From a virus (Duplodnaviria; Heunggongvirae; Uroviricota; Caudoviricetes), in the IMG/VR virus record IMGVR_UViG_3300025778_000009: a stretch of 64,000 nt of DNA; one strand, 5' to 3'. The translations under genes and the position numbers were made by a program. The notes beneath the pieces are model-generated. The model was not told the origin of the DNA, ran no database searches, and saw only the letters and a list, made by a program, of their open reading frames with translations. This document shows positions 35,370 through 45,576 of this stretch, in pieces; position 1 is the stretch's first letter; each line of letters starts with the position of its first letter.

Positions 35370-36293
35370 ATGGCTACTAATTTTGACGCAATGAAGCAGA
35401 ACCGCAAAGCTAATTTTGAAAAGCTCACATCAGAGCTAAACAAGCTTAATCAAGGTTCATCACAAAATCAGGATAATTCAAACAATGACGAACGCCTCTG
35501 GAAACCAGATGTCGACAAAGCCGGCAATGGTTATGCAATCATCCGTTTTCTTCCCGCTCCAGTTGGAGAAGAGGTACCTTTCGTACGCATTTGGGACCAT
35601 GGGTTTCAAGGTCCTGGAGGTTGGTATATCGAAAAGAGTCTTAACTCACTCGGCAAACCAGATCCAGTCTCAGAGTACAACTCAAAGCTCTGGAACTCCG
35701 GTATTGAGGCTAATAAAGAGTTAGTTCGTAAGCAGAAGCGCCGTCTTTCATATTACAGCAACATTTATGTTGTTAAGGATCCTACCCGTCCAGAAAACGA
35801 AGGTAAGGTATTCTTGTTTAAGTATGGCAAGAAAATCTTTGATAAGCTTAACGAAGCAATGTATCCTCAATTTGCTGATGAGAAGGCAATTAACCCGTTC
35901 GATCTCTGGGAAGGTGCTAACTTTAAGCTTAAGATCCGTCAGGTAGAGGGCTATCGTAACTACGATAAGTCTGAATTAGATACACCAGCACCAATGCTTC
36001 CTGACGATGATGATATGGAAAAAGTTTGGAAGAGTGAATACTCACTTCAAGAACTACTTGATCCAAAGCACTTTAAGTCGTACGAAGAATTAAAGATGCG
36101 TCTTGAAAAAGCTCTTGGTACTGCTACCGAATCTTCTAATTCAAAGTCATCACATATGAATGATGAAGATGAAGCATTCCCGGTACCACAGAAAGCTGTA
36201 CCTGCTAAGGAAACTCCTAAAGCATCTGCACCTTGGGATGATGATGAGGATGAGGATCTTAGCTTCTTTAAGAAGTTAGCTTCTTCAGATTAA
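35370..36293 (+). CDS. 32: Single-stranded DNA-binding protein (T4 gp32)
   Basis: DERLWKPDVDKAGNGYAIIRFLP, YKYGKKIFDK-like motif, NFKLKIRQVEGYRNYDKSE, acidic C-tail. Confidence 0.95.
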   Translation: MATNFDAMKQNRKANFEKLTSELNKLNQGSSQNQDNSNNDERLWKPDVDKAGNGYAIIRFLPAPVGEEVPFVRIWDHGFQGPGGWYIEKSLNSLGKPDPVSEYNSKLWNSGIEANKELVRKQKRRLSYYSNIYVVKDPTRPENEGKVFLFKYGKKIFDKLNEAMYPQFADEKAINPFDLWEGANFKLKIRQVEGYRNYDKSELDTPAPMLPDDDDMEKVWKSEYSLQELLDPKHFKSYEELKMRLEKALGTATESSNSKSSHMNDEDEAFPVPQKAVPAKETPKASAPWDDDEDEDLSFFKKLASSD

Positions 36294-38722
36294 AAGACGC
36301 CAGCACCAAACATGTCCCCGTAAAGGGTTCTATCAATATGTGACGGAACAGGAGCGGTCATGACCGCTCCTGAAGTTCTAGGTGGAGGAGGCGGAGATGC
36401 ACCTGCACTTGGAGCAGCGTTATTGTTATTGTTTATTACTACTGGTGCTTGAGCAGGAGCAGCATTTTGAACTGCCATTTGAGATGACTGTTGATTTAAA
36501 GTAGAAGCAGAATTATTAGGTACTGGTGTTACACTCACTCCACTCTTATCTAAAGTAATATTGCCTGCAGGTGTTACGCTATTTTCTGCTTGAGTTATTA
36601 TTTTAGTTGCTTCATTTTCGTTACCATTTTTAATATAGTCTAAGACAGTTTTATATAATTTATCATTTATTGTACCAGCTGTATGCATAGTTTCTAATCT
36701 ATTAGTTAAATCTTCAGCAATCATCGGATCAATGCTAGTATTATTAGAAGAACTTTTTACTCCAGGTGCATAAGGCGTTGTACTTTTTACATTAGGTGTG
36801 GTTTCTGCAGGTTTATTATTAGTTTCTGCAGATTTATTATTATCTACAGCAGCATTTATTAATTTTTTAGCTTGATCTATATTACCGTCTCGTATAAGCT
36901 GTTTGGCTTTTTTAGCATCATCTGGAAGAATAGTACCTTTCTTTACATATTGATCGATTAGATTTAACATATCAACAATATTTTCAGATGATTTATCATA
37001 AGGTGATAGTGCTTTACTGCTTGTATTTGCAGCAGCAGGTGAAGGCGCAGCAGCTGGTGGGGGAGCATAAAGAGCAGCAGTAAACTGTTCTTCTGTTATT
37101 TCACCTTTTTTTAATTTTTGTTGTAGTACTTTTTGAGATAAACCAGCATACGGAACTGGCGGTGGTGGAGGTGGTGTTGATGAGGCAGCTTTTTCTCCGG
37201 AAGAACTTCCAAATACAGCGTTCCAAGCACCCTTTAGCGCATCAGGAATAGTACTACCCACTAAATCCATTAACTTACCAGGTATTGATGTAAAGAATCC
37301 ATAAATTGTGTTTATGACACTCTTTACCATATTTGCAATTCCGTCAATTAAATCATCAAAAGATTTTTGAAAAGAAAAAGAATCTAAAGCTTTAGATGCA
37401 CTATCCCATCCAAATAATTCTAACATCCATGATACGAAATCTTTAATTAAGTCTAATGGTGCTGCAATTAATGAGTCAAATAGACCTTTAACAGCGCCTC
37501 CAATAGCGCCAACAATACCACCTTCTTTATAACCTTCGATTGCACCTGTGATTGCTTCATATGCGCCTTGAATTGCCATAACAATCCATCCTATCGGCTC
37601 CATCCACTTAAGTGCAAATGAAAATACACCGACAAGTTTCTCAAGAAAAGGCATAAATTTTCCTATTGTACCAGCAAACTCTCCAGCACCTTCAACTAAA
37701 CTTCCAATATACTTAAATGCAGATACGAACGGTTCTACTACCGCTTTTAATAATTCACCTGTTTTTGCAAATATATCAGATAAGAATGTGCCTACTTTTT
37801 CTAGTGGAGCTAAAAAGTCTTTAACTGCATCAACAATAGTAGTAAATACTTTACCTATTTTACCAGCAACACCTTCACCAGAAAAAATAGATTTAAACAT
37901 ACCAATAGCATCTTCGGCTACTGTACCAAGACCTTTAAATAATTTTTCAAATGTAGAAGCTAAAAATTTACCAAATTCTTCTAGAGGTCTTAAATAACCT
38001 TTTAGAAACCCTAGTATTCCTCCAAGTGTTGCAGCAAGTGCAAGCCCAACACCTTTTAATATACCCAACCAATCGGTACCACCAGCACCTTTATCTGAAC
38101 CAGATTTTCCTCCAGAAGAAGAACCTAAGATACTAGCGTTTAATTGTTTTAATAAATCATTAGTCATTCTAGTCTGACCAATAAATTCTTGAGTCTGTCT
38201 ATCAACAGCTGCATTGATATCGTCAAGTTTAGAATTACCGCTTTGAATAGCACTTAAAACATTACTTTCAATAGATATCATTTGAGTTAGTATACCAGCT
38301 AGACCTGAAATACCTCCACCAGATCCACCACCGGAACTGCTTCCTGAAGAAGATCCTCCACCTTTATTACTACCACCACCTCTACCAGAAGTAGCAGCGT
38401 ATCCTGCAGCTCCAGCTTCAATAAAAGGGGCGACACCTAATTCTTCCACAGTACCTTTAGCAATAAGTCCGCCTAAACCTAAAGCACCAGCAGCTCCTAT
38501 TTTTAAAGCTCCTTTAACACCTTTACGTAGCATAGAATCAGTTTTACCTAACATCCCTGGTTTACTATTAGGAGCATTTTTTACTTTTTCTACAACAGGG
38601 CTGGTTTTTTTTGGTTCTGAAGCTGGCTGACTACCTAATTCAGCTGCAGCTTGTTCTCTGCCTTTACCACCGCCTTTTTGAGCAATAGTTCTAAGAATAT
38701 CTTCACCGGTTTCTTTAGCCAT
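36290..38722 (-). CDS. Baseplate hub / tape measure-like protein (gp29-like)
   Basis: 810 aa, long amphipathic helical repeats, Gly/Ser and Pro linkers; follows gp26-gp51. Confidence 0.6.
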   Translation of the reverse strand: MAKETGEDILRTIAQKGGGKGREQAAAELGSQPASEPKKTSPVVEKVKNAPNSKPGMLGKTDSMLRKGVKGALKIGAAGALGLGGLIAKGTVEELGVAPFIEAGAAGYAATSGRGGGSNKGGGSSSGSSSGGGSGGGISGLAGILTQMISIESNVLSAIQSGNSKLDDINAAVDRQTQEFIGQTRMTNDLLKQLNASILGSSSGGKSGSDKGAGGTDWLGILKGVGLALAATLGGILGFLKGYLRPLEEFGKFLASTFEKLFKGLGTVAEDAIGMFKSIFSGEGVAGKIGKVFTTIVDAVKDFLAPLEKVGTFLSDIFAKTGELLKAVVEPFVSAFKYIGSLVEGAGEFAGTIGKFMPFLEKLVGVFSFALKWMEPIGWIVMAIQGAYEAITGAIEGYKEGGIVGAIGGAVKGLFDSLIAAPLDLIKDFVSWMLELFGWDSASKALDSFSFQKSFDDLIDGIANMVKSVINTIYGFFTSIPGKLMDLVGSTIPDALKGAWNAVFGSSSGEKAASSTPPPPPPVPYAGLSQKVLQQKLKKGEITEEQFTAALYAPPPAAAPSPAAANTSSKALSPYDKSSENIVDMLNLIDQYVKKGTILPDDAKKAKQLIRDGNIDQAKKLINAAVDNNKSAETNNKPAETTPNVKSTTPYAPGVKSSSNNTSIDPMIAEDLTNRLETMHTAGTINDKLYKTVLDYIKNGNENEATKIITQAENSVTPAGNITLDKSGVSVTPVPNNSASTLNQQSSQMAVQNAAPAQAPVVINNNNNAAPSAGASPPPPPRTSGAVMTAPVPSHIDRTLYGDMFGAGVF

Positions 38723-38893
38723 TTACTTTTTATTTTCTTCTTCTATTTGTTTTAAATGCATTAATAAAAGTTCTACGAAAAGATCTCTTTCATAAGGATA
38801 CATTTCATATACCTCTGTCATAGAATATTTATGGTGTTGTACTAAAGAAAATATAGTTTGATAATAGACCGAGATATTACTATATCCGGTCAA
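38723..38893 (-). CDS. 51: Baseplate hub assembly protein (gp51-like), not in ORF track
   Basis: TTG start overlapping gp26 TGA; YYQTIFSLVQHHKYSMTEVYEMYPYERDLFVELLLMHLKQIEEENKK. Confidence 0.8.
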   Translation of the reverse strand: MTGYSNISVYYQTIFSLVQHHKYSMTEVYEMYPYERDLFVELLLMHLKQIEEENKK

Positions 38894-39582
38894 GACATAA
38901 AAAAACTATTTAATCCTTTGAGTACTACTTCTTTTTCTATACCTTGTTTGTTCTTTACTATTGCTTTATGTTCTAAAACTGGCATAGTATCGAAGAATTT
39001 TTTAATCTCATTCATGCTTTCCATTGGAAGATTATCGATAAACTCGATCAATTCTTCTCTAGTAAATTCACTATAAACAGTATCATTATCAAAAATCTTA
39101 TCTATACAGTTTATTAAAACTTCTATTACAGAATCTTCAGCTTCTAATTCAACATTTTTAACATCTTTAAGAGTAGGATATTTCATTACAATTCCAAGTT
39201 CATCATTTATCATAATCTTATTAGAATGATCTGGGTTGTTTTTTATTTCTACATCATCTAAATTTACTTGAAATTTAATTTCTTCTTCGCTTTCAGTATC
39301 GGTATAAATTAGATCAACAACTTCACCGATAGACTTTGATCTTAACTTTATAAAAAGATATTCTATATCAAAAGTTGCTAGTTTATCTACTTCTATAGGT
39401 TCAATAATACAATTTTGAATAATTTGTTTTACGGCAGAAAGCACATCTTCAGATTTATTAGATGATTTTGCCATAAGTAAAATTTTCTCTTCTTGAACTG
39501 TAAAAGGTCTTACATTTACAGCTTTTTTAAGAGAAGGGATAGTAAAACTATATGTTGGGTGTTTAATTTTAGGAAGTGCCAT
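38890..39582 (-). CDS. 26: Baseplate hub subunit (gp26)
   Basis: MALPKIKHPTY, VRPFTVQEEKILLMAK, LATFDIEYLFIKLRSKSIGE. Confidence 0.88.
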   Translation of the reverse strand: MALPKIKHPTYSFTIPSLKKAVNVRPFTVQEEKILLMAKSSNKSEDVLSAVKQIIQNCIIEPIEVDKLATFDIEYLFIKLRSKSIGEVVDLIYTDTESEEEIKFQVNLDDVEIKNNPDHSNKIMINDELGIVMKYPTLKDVKNVELEAEDSVIEVLINCIDKIFDNDTVYSEFTREELIEFIDNLPMESMNEIKKFFDTMPVLEHKAIVKNKQGIEKEVVLKGLNSFFMS

Positions 39583-39605
39583 TTCAAAATATCCTTATAA
39601 AATAA

Positions 39606-40406
39606 TTAAAAATAATTTAAGTATTGAGAATAATAATTAGTTTGTTGTTGAAGTTCTGCAGGCTGTACATACAGCAATTCTGTAGCTTTGCTTAAAGTAG
39701 CATCAACTCTTGATTGAGTGCTATCAATTGTGGATGCTCTTGCTTGTGATGCATCATTTGAAATATTAGGAGCCATAGTTGTAGAAGTCCAGTTAGTATA
39801 AGCAAAAGTAACTGGTATTCTTACTAATTCGTCCGATGACCCCCAGTTAAGACTTACGTCTCCTATAGAGATAGGAAATGCATCATAAAGCGTATAATTA
39901 ACTATTATTTGACTATCTACATCTGGTTTAGAGGCAGGTCCTGTATTTTCTGCTCCTGCTAGATTAGTATATCCGTCACTTTTATCTTCTAGATGTAATA
40001 TTTCTATAGTACTTCTATATTCTTTTGGATATGCAAATACATTAACACCTAAATTTTGAGCTACACCATAAGGATTATCAAAATTGTTAAAATTATAAAC
40101 GCTCTGTATCCATTTATGAAAAAATCTTAATATGTTTCCATCAGTATCACTAAAGAATGACATCGGCATATCTGTAAAATTAGCAGAATGAGGTCTTTTT
40201 TCTACGTTACCAAATCCTGACATTTTGACATCATCGGTACCAAATGAAATACCTGGAAGCTGTGCTGATTCACAAAAAAATAGTAGATCCTGATTAGAAT
40301 CACCTACTGCAGGAGGAGGGTGCATTCTTACTATAAATTTTGATGCTTTACTAATTCCTCCATTGGAACTAATAACAGCTAACATTTCATTAATGCTGAA
40401 GGCCAT
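39606..40406 (-). CDS. 54: Baseplate tail-tube initiator (gp54-like, gp19 fold)
   Basis: FCESAQLPG, YTLYDAFPISIGDVSLNWGSSD, VTFAYTNW. Confidence 0.7.
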   Translation of the reverse strand: MAFSINEMLAVISSNGGISKASKFIVRMHPPPAVGDSNQDLLFFCESAQLPGISFGTDDVKMSGFGNVEKRPHSANFTDMPMSFFSDTDGNILRFFHKWIQSVYNFNNFDNPYGVAQNLGVNVFAYPKEYRSTIEILHLEDKSDGYTNLAGAENTGPASKPDVDSQIIVNYTLYDAFPISIGDVSLNWGSSDELVRIPVTFAYTNWTSTTMAPNISNDASQARASTIDSTQSRVDATLSKATELLYVQPAELQQQTNYYSQYLNYF

Positions 40407-40986
40407 TTATCATTGCTCTTGAATCTTTATAAACTTGATTAACGTTTTGTTTTTGAAATCTTTGTAATGGTAAGAATAAAGCTATATCCCATTCATTAGC
40501 AGGTATTAATAAAAATTTTGTTTTTAAATGCCCGTACAAGTATCTTTTAACGCAAGGGTGAAAATATTTATACTTGGCTACTGAATTTAGTAAATTGTAT
40601 GATGCTTTAATCCTGGTAGTTTCATCAAATTTAAGATTGGTAACCAAAGGATATAAATTATCCATTAACTTAGCTCTAAAATTTGGTGCAATATAATGTA
40701 GATTCATAGCAAGAAAGCCATCAGTATCGCTTTTAAACGGGAATATTAATGGAAATCGATCATAATAAGGTAATTCATTTTTTAACTTAGGATCATAACC
40801 AAACAAATACATAAAACCAGGTTTTATAGTTGTTCTATTATAATGAACATTATCAGTGATAATTTTACCCGGACTAATAGATTTTACTTGTTGAGCTTTT
40901 TCCCTATACCAATCATGGGCATTCATATCACCAGGCTTGTCAATACCTGTTCTTGTATTACTTAATATATCTGTAAAAATTGGCAT
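40390..40986 (-). CDS. 2: DNA end protector (T4 gp2)
   Basis: YDPKLKNELPYYDRFPLIFP, FLAMNLHYI, CVKRYL. Confidence 0.88.
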   Translation of the reverse strand: MPIFTDILSNTRTGIDKPGDMNAHDWYREKAQQVKSISPGKIITDNVHYNRTTIKPGFMYLFGYDPKLKNELPYYDRFPLIFPFKSDTDGFLAMNLHYIAPNFRAKLMDNLYPLVTNLKFDETTRIKASYNLLNSVAKYKYFHPCVKRYLYGHLKTKFLLIPANEWDIALFLPLQRFQKQNVNQVYKDSRAMINGLQH

Positions 40987-40988
40987 TT

Positions 40989-41438
40989 TTAAAACTTATC
41001 TAAACCTAGTTCTTTTTCTGTTAGTACTTTAAATTGCCATTTTCTATCTAAACAATACTGCTCTGCGGCTTTCCATTTAGCGGTATTGACCCCGTATGTT
41101 TTTAATTCGTTAATATATCTTCTTGTTGCTTTTTCTTTTTTAACAGGAAGCCGAGTTTGAACATCTGGTTTTATTTCAATAATCATAGTATTTATGATTC
41201 CGTCTGAACCTTTAGTTCTTACCCAAAAATCAGGAAAATACCTATGAATTTTTTTATCTACCGGGCTAAAATATGGTATCGCTATTTCTTCTGATGCCCA
41301 TTGTGTTACGCTTGGATGGGTATCTAAATACCTCATGAAACGAAGTTCCCACAAAGATCTATAAATGATGTTTGTAGGATTACCAGCATATTTGTCGGGA
41401 TTGTGAGGTTTAAATCTACCTTTATAAGACATTCGCAT
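40989..41438 (-). CDS. 4: Head completion nuclease (T4 gp4, TnsA-like fold)
   Basis: YKGRFKPHNPDKY, YRSLWE, QWASEE, HRYFPDF, IEIKP, VNTAKWKAA. Confidence 0.9.
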   Translation of the reverse strand: MRMSYKGRFKPHNPDKYAGNPTNIIYRSLWELRFMRYLDTHPSVTQWASEEIAIPYFSPVDKKIHRYFPDFWVRTKGSDGIINTMIIEIKPDVQTRLPVKKEKATRRYINELKTYGVNTAKWKAAEQYCLDRKWQFKVLTEKELGLDKF

Positions 41439-41444
41439 TTACCA

Positions 41445-41468
41445 CATAAATAATATTAAATATTTATA
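41445..41468. promoter_or_regulatory. Overlapping divergent late promoters
   Basis: CATAAATA (+, 41445-52) toward gp48 and TATAAATA (-, 41461-68) toward gp4. Confidence 0.7.
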
Positions 41469-41477
41469 GGAATAAAA

Positions 41478-42269
41478 ATGCCTCAATCAAATTTTATATA
41501 TTCTTTCCCTGCTAAAGAACCTACATTCTATACTAGACTTTCTATGAGAAAATATGAAAGACCTAGACCAGGTAGTGGTATAAGTCAAAATCTTCAAGGT
41601 GTAATTAGATTACCAATGCCTACACAATTAATGGATGACTATAATATTAGAGTAAATGAAACTAAGTTTGGATTACTAGGTAATGTTAATAACTATCAAG
41701 AAACTTTAGCTGCAGGTAAAAGTGCAGCTGAAAATGCTATTAAAGAATTAAATTCTGGTGGTTCTATAATGTCACTTATGGGTACTATTGCGTTACAAGC
41801 AGCTGCTACACTTCCTGGAATATCTGATACACTTCCAGGTCAGCTAGCTCAACAACAAGCTGGTATGGTAAGAAACCCGCATATATCAACTGTATTTGAA
41901 GGTGTAAATCTCAAATCTTATTCATTTAGTTGGAGACTTTCACCTTCTAGTCCAGAAGAAGCATCCGGTATTAATTCAATGATAAACCATATCAAAGCAT
42001 ATATGCATCCTAAAATAATAGGTGGCGGGTTTGCTTTAGAGTACCCTTATCTTGCTAATTTAGATTTTGAAGTAGGTGATGTAGCATTTTCTCAACTTCC
42101 AAAAGTAAGAGATTCATTTATTACTAGATTGGACGTAAATACATCTGGCGGCGGTTCTCTTGCTTTTTATAGAGATGGTAACCCAGTAGCAATAGATATT
42201 GCTATGAATTTTCAAGAAATTGATATTCTTACTAGAGATGATTTTATTGATACTTCAAGAGGCCGTTAA
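41478..42269 (+). CDS. 48: Baseplate tail-tube cap (gp48)
   Basis: IRLPMP, NPHISTVFEGVNLKSYSFSWRLSP, IAMNFQEIDILTRDDF. Confidence 0.82.
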   Translation: MPQSNFIYSFPAKEPTFYTRLSMRKYERPRPGSGISQNLQGVIRLPMPTQLMDDYNIRVNETKFGLLGNVNNYQETLAAGKSAAENAIKELNSGGSIMSLMGTIALQAAATLPGISDTLPGQLAQQQAGMVRNPHISTVFEGVNLKSYSFSWRLSPSSPEEASGINSMINHIKAYMHPKIIGGGFALEYPYLANLDFEVGDVAFSQLPKVRDSFITRLDVNTSGGGSLAFYRDGNPVAIDIAMNFQEIDILTRDDFIDTSRGR

Positions 42270-42832
42270 TGTCTATATTTAATTTTTATCCATATATTAA
42301 TTATAATAATCAAAAAGCAAGATTTATAATTGGTAAAGCAGAAATTATAAAAAACAGTTTAAGTAATTACGGTAGTTTCTATACATACACTGTTTTAGAC
42401 GGTGAAAGACCCGATACTGTTGCTTTTGATCAATACGGTGATTCTTCTTTAGACTGGGTAATATTATTAGTAAACAGTGTTTTAGACCCTTATTTTGATT
42501 GGCCTTTATCTTCTGAAAATTTTAATTATTACTTAGAAGACAAATACGGTACAGCTGCATATAAACTATCTTCTGTAAAAATACCATCCTCAATTGCTTA
42601 TTACTATTATAAAGGCCTTGATACAGATTCTCCAGATATAATTAACTCTTATAATTATACTATGTCGCCGTTAACTTATGAAACTTTAGGTATGCCGGCA
42701 GGCTGGGTAGCAAAAAGCATATATGATGTAGAGAGTGAAATTAACGAAAGCAAAAGAGATATTAAATTATTAAGACCACAATATCTTGGTGATTTTCAAC
42801 AACAATTAAAAGATCTTTTTATTAATGGCTAA
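42269..42832 (+). CDS. 53: Baseplate wedge protein (gp53)
   Basis: YTVLDGERPDTVAFDQYGDSSLDWVILLVN..LDPYFDWPL, NESKRDIKLL. Confidence 0.88.
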   Translation: MSIFNFYPYINYNNQKARFIIGKAEIIKNSLSNYGSFYTYTVLDGERPDTVAFDQYGDSSLDWVILLVNSVLDPYFDWPLSSENFNYYLEDKYGTAAYKLSSVKIPSSIAYYYYKGLDTDSPDIINSYNYTMSPLTYETLGMPAGWVAKSIYDVESEINESKRDIKLLRPQYLGDFQQQLKDLFING

Positions 42833-44252
42833 TCTTAATCCTTTAGAATTAAAAATAATTGATATTAAAATTGAAAAATTTAATAATCAAGATAGAATGA
42901 GTATTTTTCCTCAGTTTATCGAGTTATCAATTTACCAATCATTATTTGAACCTGTTATTAAAGCGGAATTAGTTATTAACGATACTATTGGTTTATTTGT
43001 TAATTACCCTTTTACTGGAGAAGAGCTAATTACTATTAATTACCAACATATTTCAAATCAAGGAAGCGATTATTCTGTAGATAGAATTACACCTAAACAA
43101 TTACAGTTTATTATTAAAGGTGTAAGAAATATAGTAATGAGTGATAAAGCTAGATCTTTGATGTATATTGTTGATTTAGTGAGTGTTGAATTTTTACAAA
43201 ATGTTAAAAAATATGTTTCACATGCTTTTAATGATCGTCTAGAAGATGCAGCTGAAAAAGTATATGAAGAATATATTGCAAACGATACTCAAATTAAATT
43301 TAAACAATCTAAAAATTTTAACAAAGAAAAATCTGTTAAAGTAAGACGCATAATAGTTCCTAATTTAAGACCTCTACAGGCTATTCAATGGTTAGCAAAA
43401 CACGCAGTTTCCGCTGACTATGATAATAAATTTTTATATTTGTTCTATGAAAATTTTGACGGGTTTAATTTTACGACTATTCAGCAATTAATAAAAGATG
43501 CATTAGATAATAAAGATCTTCTTATTCAAAACAAATATCAATATGTTTCAGATAAAGAAATAGTACAAAATGATCCTGCTGATACTTCAGATCCAAATTC
43601 TGATTTGAGATTAATCACTAACGTAGTTACAAACAAAAGATTCTCTTCTATAGAAAAGATAGCAGGCGGGTATTATCAAAGTGAATTATTTGAAATTAAT
43701 ATGCTACAAAAATCTTATAATAGCGCCAATACAGAATTAGATCCAACTAATACTGGGCAGTATATGTTAGGTAAGAACCCTCTTAATACTACAGATTATA
43801 TTAACTATGTTAAAAATCAAATAGATGGGGTTGAATATTCTAATAGAATAAGATATATTATTAACAACTATGAAGATACTGATACTGAAAATAGAGGGCA
43901 GCCTGATTATAGACTTAAATTTGGTCCTGCAACAAGATACCTATATGCGTTAAATCAAATAGATCTTAGTATTACTGTCCCTGCAAATATGGATTTAAAT
44001 GTAGGGGATGTTATATATTGTATCATACCAGAAATGCATGGGTTTAATACAGTTTTACGTGATATATACATTAGTGGTTTTTTTATTATATCAGAAATTA
44101 AACATGTTCTTGGAGCAGGTAATAGGGCTGCAACAACAATGAGAATTTATAAAGACGGATATTCATCCGCAATTTTAGAAACTTCTGAGTATAATACTTC
44201 AACATTTACACCAAGAATATCAACAAGCGGTAAACTCGTAGGTACAGTATAA
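42825..44252 (+). CDS. Baseplate hub protein (gp27-like)
   Basis: Position between gp53 and gp5; IYQSLFEP, FYENFDGFNF, ITVPANMDLNVGDVI, SGFFIISEIKH. Confidence 0.7.
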   Translation: MANLNPLELKIIDIKIEKFNNQDRMSIFPQFIELSIYQSLFEPVIKAELVINDTIGLFVNYPFTGEELITINYQHISNQGSDYSVDRITPKQLQFIIKGVRNIVMSDKARSLMYIVDLVSVEFLQNVKKYVSHAFNDRLEDAAEKVYEEYIANDTQIKFKQSKNFNKEKSVKVRRIIVPNLRPLQAIQWLAKHAVSADYDNKFLYLFYENFDGFNFTTIQQLIKDALDNKDLLIQNKYQYVSDKEIVQNDPADTSDPNSDLRLITNVVTNKRFSSIEKIAGGYYQSELFEINMLQKSYNSANTELDPTNTGQYMLGKNPLNTTDYINYVKNQIDGVEYSNRIRYIINNYEDTDTENRGQPDYRLKFGPATRYLYALNQIDLSITVPANMDLNVGDVIYCIIPEMHGFNTVLRDIYISGFFIISEIKHVLGAGNRAATTMRIYKDGYSSAILETSEYNTSTFTPRISTSGKLVGTV

Positions 44253-45196
44253 TGATTTCCGACGATTTTTATGGTGACAGATATAGATGGTTTACTGGAG
44301 TTGTAAAGGATATTGCTGACGATAGAGCGCGCGTCAGAGTAAGAATATTTGGTATTCATCATACAGAAGATCTTACTAGAGTCTCTAATGGCGACTTACC
44401 TTGGGCGCTCGTGATGTACCCTACTACAGGCGGCCAAACTTCTGGTGGTACTGCAAGTCATAATTTAAAAGTGGGTACTTGGGTAGTAGGTTTTTTTGCT
44501 GATGGAGAAGATTCTCAACAACCTATAGTTATTGGGGTAATTAACGGAGGTAATGGGTCAGTAAATAATTCTCCTCAAGATGCTATTCAAAATTCACCTT
44601 ATACTAATGGCTCAGTAAATTCTTCTGAGTCACAGCCTGCTACTGATACAGGAGCTGCCTCTACTACTCAACTATCAGGTAGTGATAATGCTAACAAAGC
44701 TTATAATTTTTTCTGGGAAAAACTTACTACAGAAAATTCATTTACTGGCGATAAAAAATGCATAGTTGCAGCTATTGTTGGTAATTTGCTAGTAGAGTCA
44801 GGTGATGGGTTAAATCCACAAGCGTATAATCCAAATGATCTTGGACAATCTTCTTACGGAATTGCTCAATGGAGAGCAGGTAAGTATGATAGAGCTACAC
44901 CGATGTTTAGATTTTGTGGATTATCTTCTAACGTAGTACCACCTAACCTCCCTCCTCTTGAAAAACAATTGGATTTTATTTGGCATGAATTTCATACTAC
45001 AGAAAAAGCTGCATATGGTAAAATATTAACTGCCACTAATATTCAAGATGCGGTAGTAGGTATTATAACATACGAAAGAGATGAATCATACAAGGGTAAA
45101 AATGGCGTAGATACATCTAATAGAACATACATAAGAAAACTTACAAAAGCGAGACAAGTTTTATCATCATTTTCTTATAGTGGAGGAGTATCATGA
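44252..45196 (+). CDS. 5: gp5 N-terminal part: OB-fold plus phage tail lysozyme domain
   Basis: WFTGVV...RVRVRIFGIH...DLPWA...WVVGFFADGEDSQQPIVIG; then AIVGNLLVESG...NP...YGIAQWR...QLDFIWHE. Confidence 0.85.
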   Translation: MISDDFYGDRYRWFTGVVKDIADDRARVRVRIFGIHHTEDLTRVSNGDLPWALVMYPTTGGQTSGGTASHNLKVGTWVVGFFADGEDSQQPIVIGVINGGNGSVNNSPQDAIQNSPYTNGSVNSSESQPATDTGAASTTQLSGSDNANKAYNFFWEKLTTENSFTGDKKCIVAAIVGNLLVESGDGLNPQAYNPNDLGQSSYGIAQWRAGKYDRATPMFRFCGLSSNVVPPNLPPLEKQLDFIWHEFHTTEKAAYGKILTATNIQDAVVGIITYERDESYKGKNGVDTSNRTYIRKLTKARQVLSSFSYSGGVS

Positions 45197-45573
45197 ATAA
45201 AGTATCACCAACAGCTTTAGCATATAGTAAAAATTTATCTTTTGATTTTTCAAATACTCTTAGAGACTTTGAAGTAAACTTAGACGACTATAGTCAATAT
45301 ACCTATATTATAGATGTAGACGGAGAAGTTTATCAATCTGCACAAGCAGATGAAAATAGTGCAACCGTATTATTAGTAGGCGGCACAGATCTGTTTATAA
45401 ACGAAAAAATGGAAAGACTTGGTTCAAGTTTCTTTGTTACTGAGCCTCAAAAAGTTACACTATATAAAGCATTAAAAGAATTATCAAAATTTTATGATTC
45501 TGCTCAAATAACAAGCAGTAATGATAAATTAGAAATATCATTAAACGCCCTTTACTCTAATTATTGTGGATAA
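45193..45573 (+). CDS. Degenerate amidase-2 (T7 lysozyme/PGRP-like) fold protein
   Basis: YTYIIDVDGEVYQ...NSATVLLVGG...TEPQKVTLYKALKEL parallels YHYxIxxDGxxxxGR..NSIGIxLVGG..TxxQxxxL without the Zn His ligands. Confidence 0.5.
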   Translation: MNKVSPTALAYSKNLSFDFSNTLRDFEVNLDDYSQYTYIIDVDGEVYQSAQADENSATVLLVGGTDLFINEKMERLGSSFFVTEPQKVTLYKALKELSKFYDSAQITSSNDKLEISLNALYSNYCG

Positions 45574-45576
45574 AAT

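Noticed and set aside
40989-41438. TnsA-like nuclease as a transposon gene
   Set aside because: Sequence and synteny (gp4-gp2-gp54) identify T4 gp4; no transposon ends or other Tns genes
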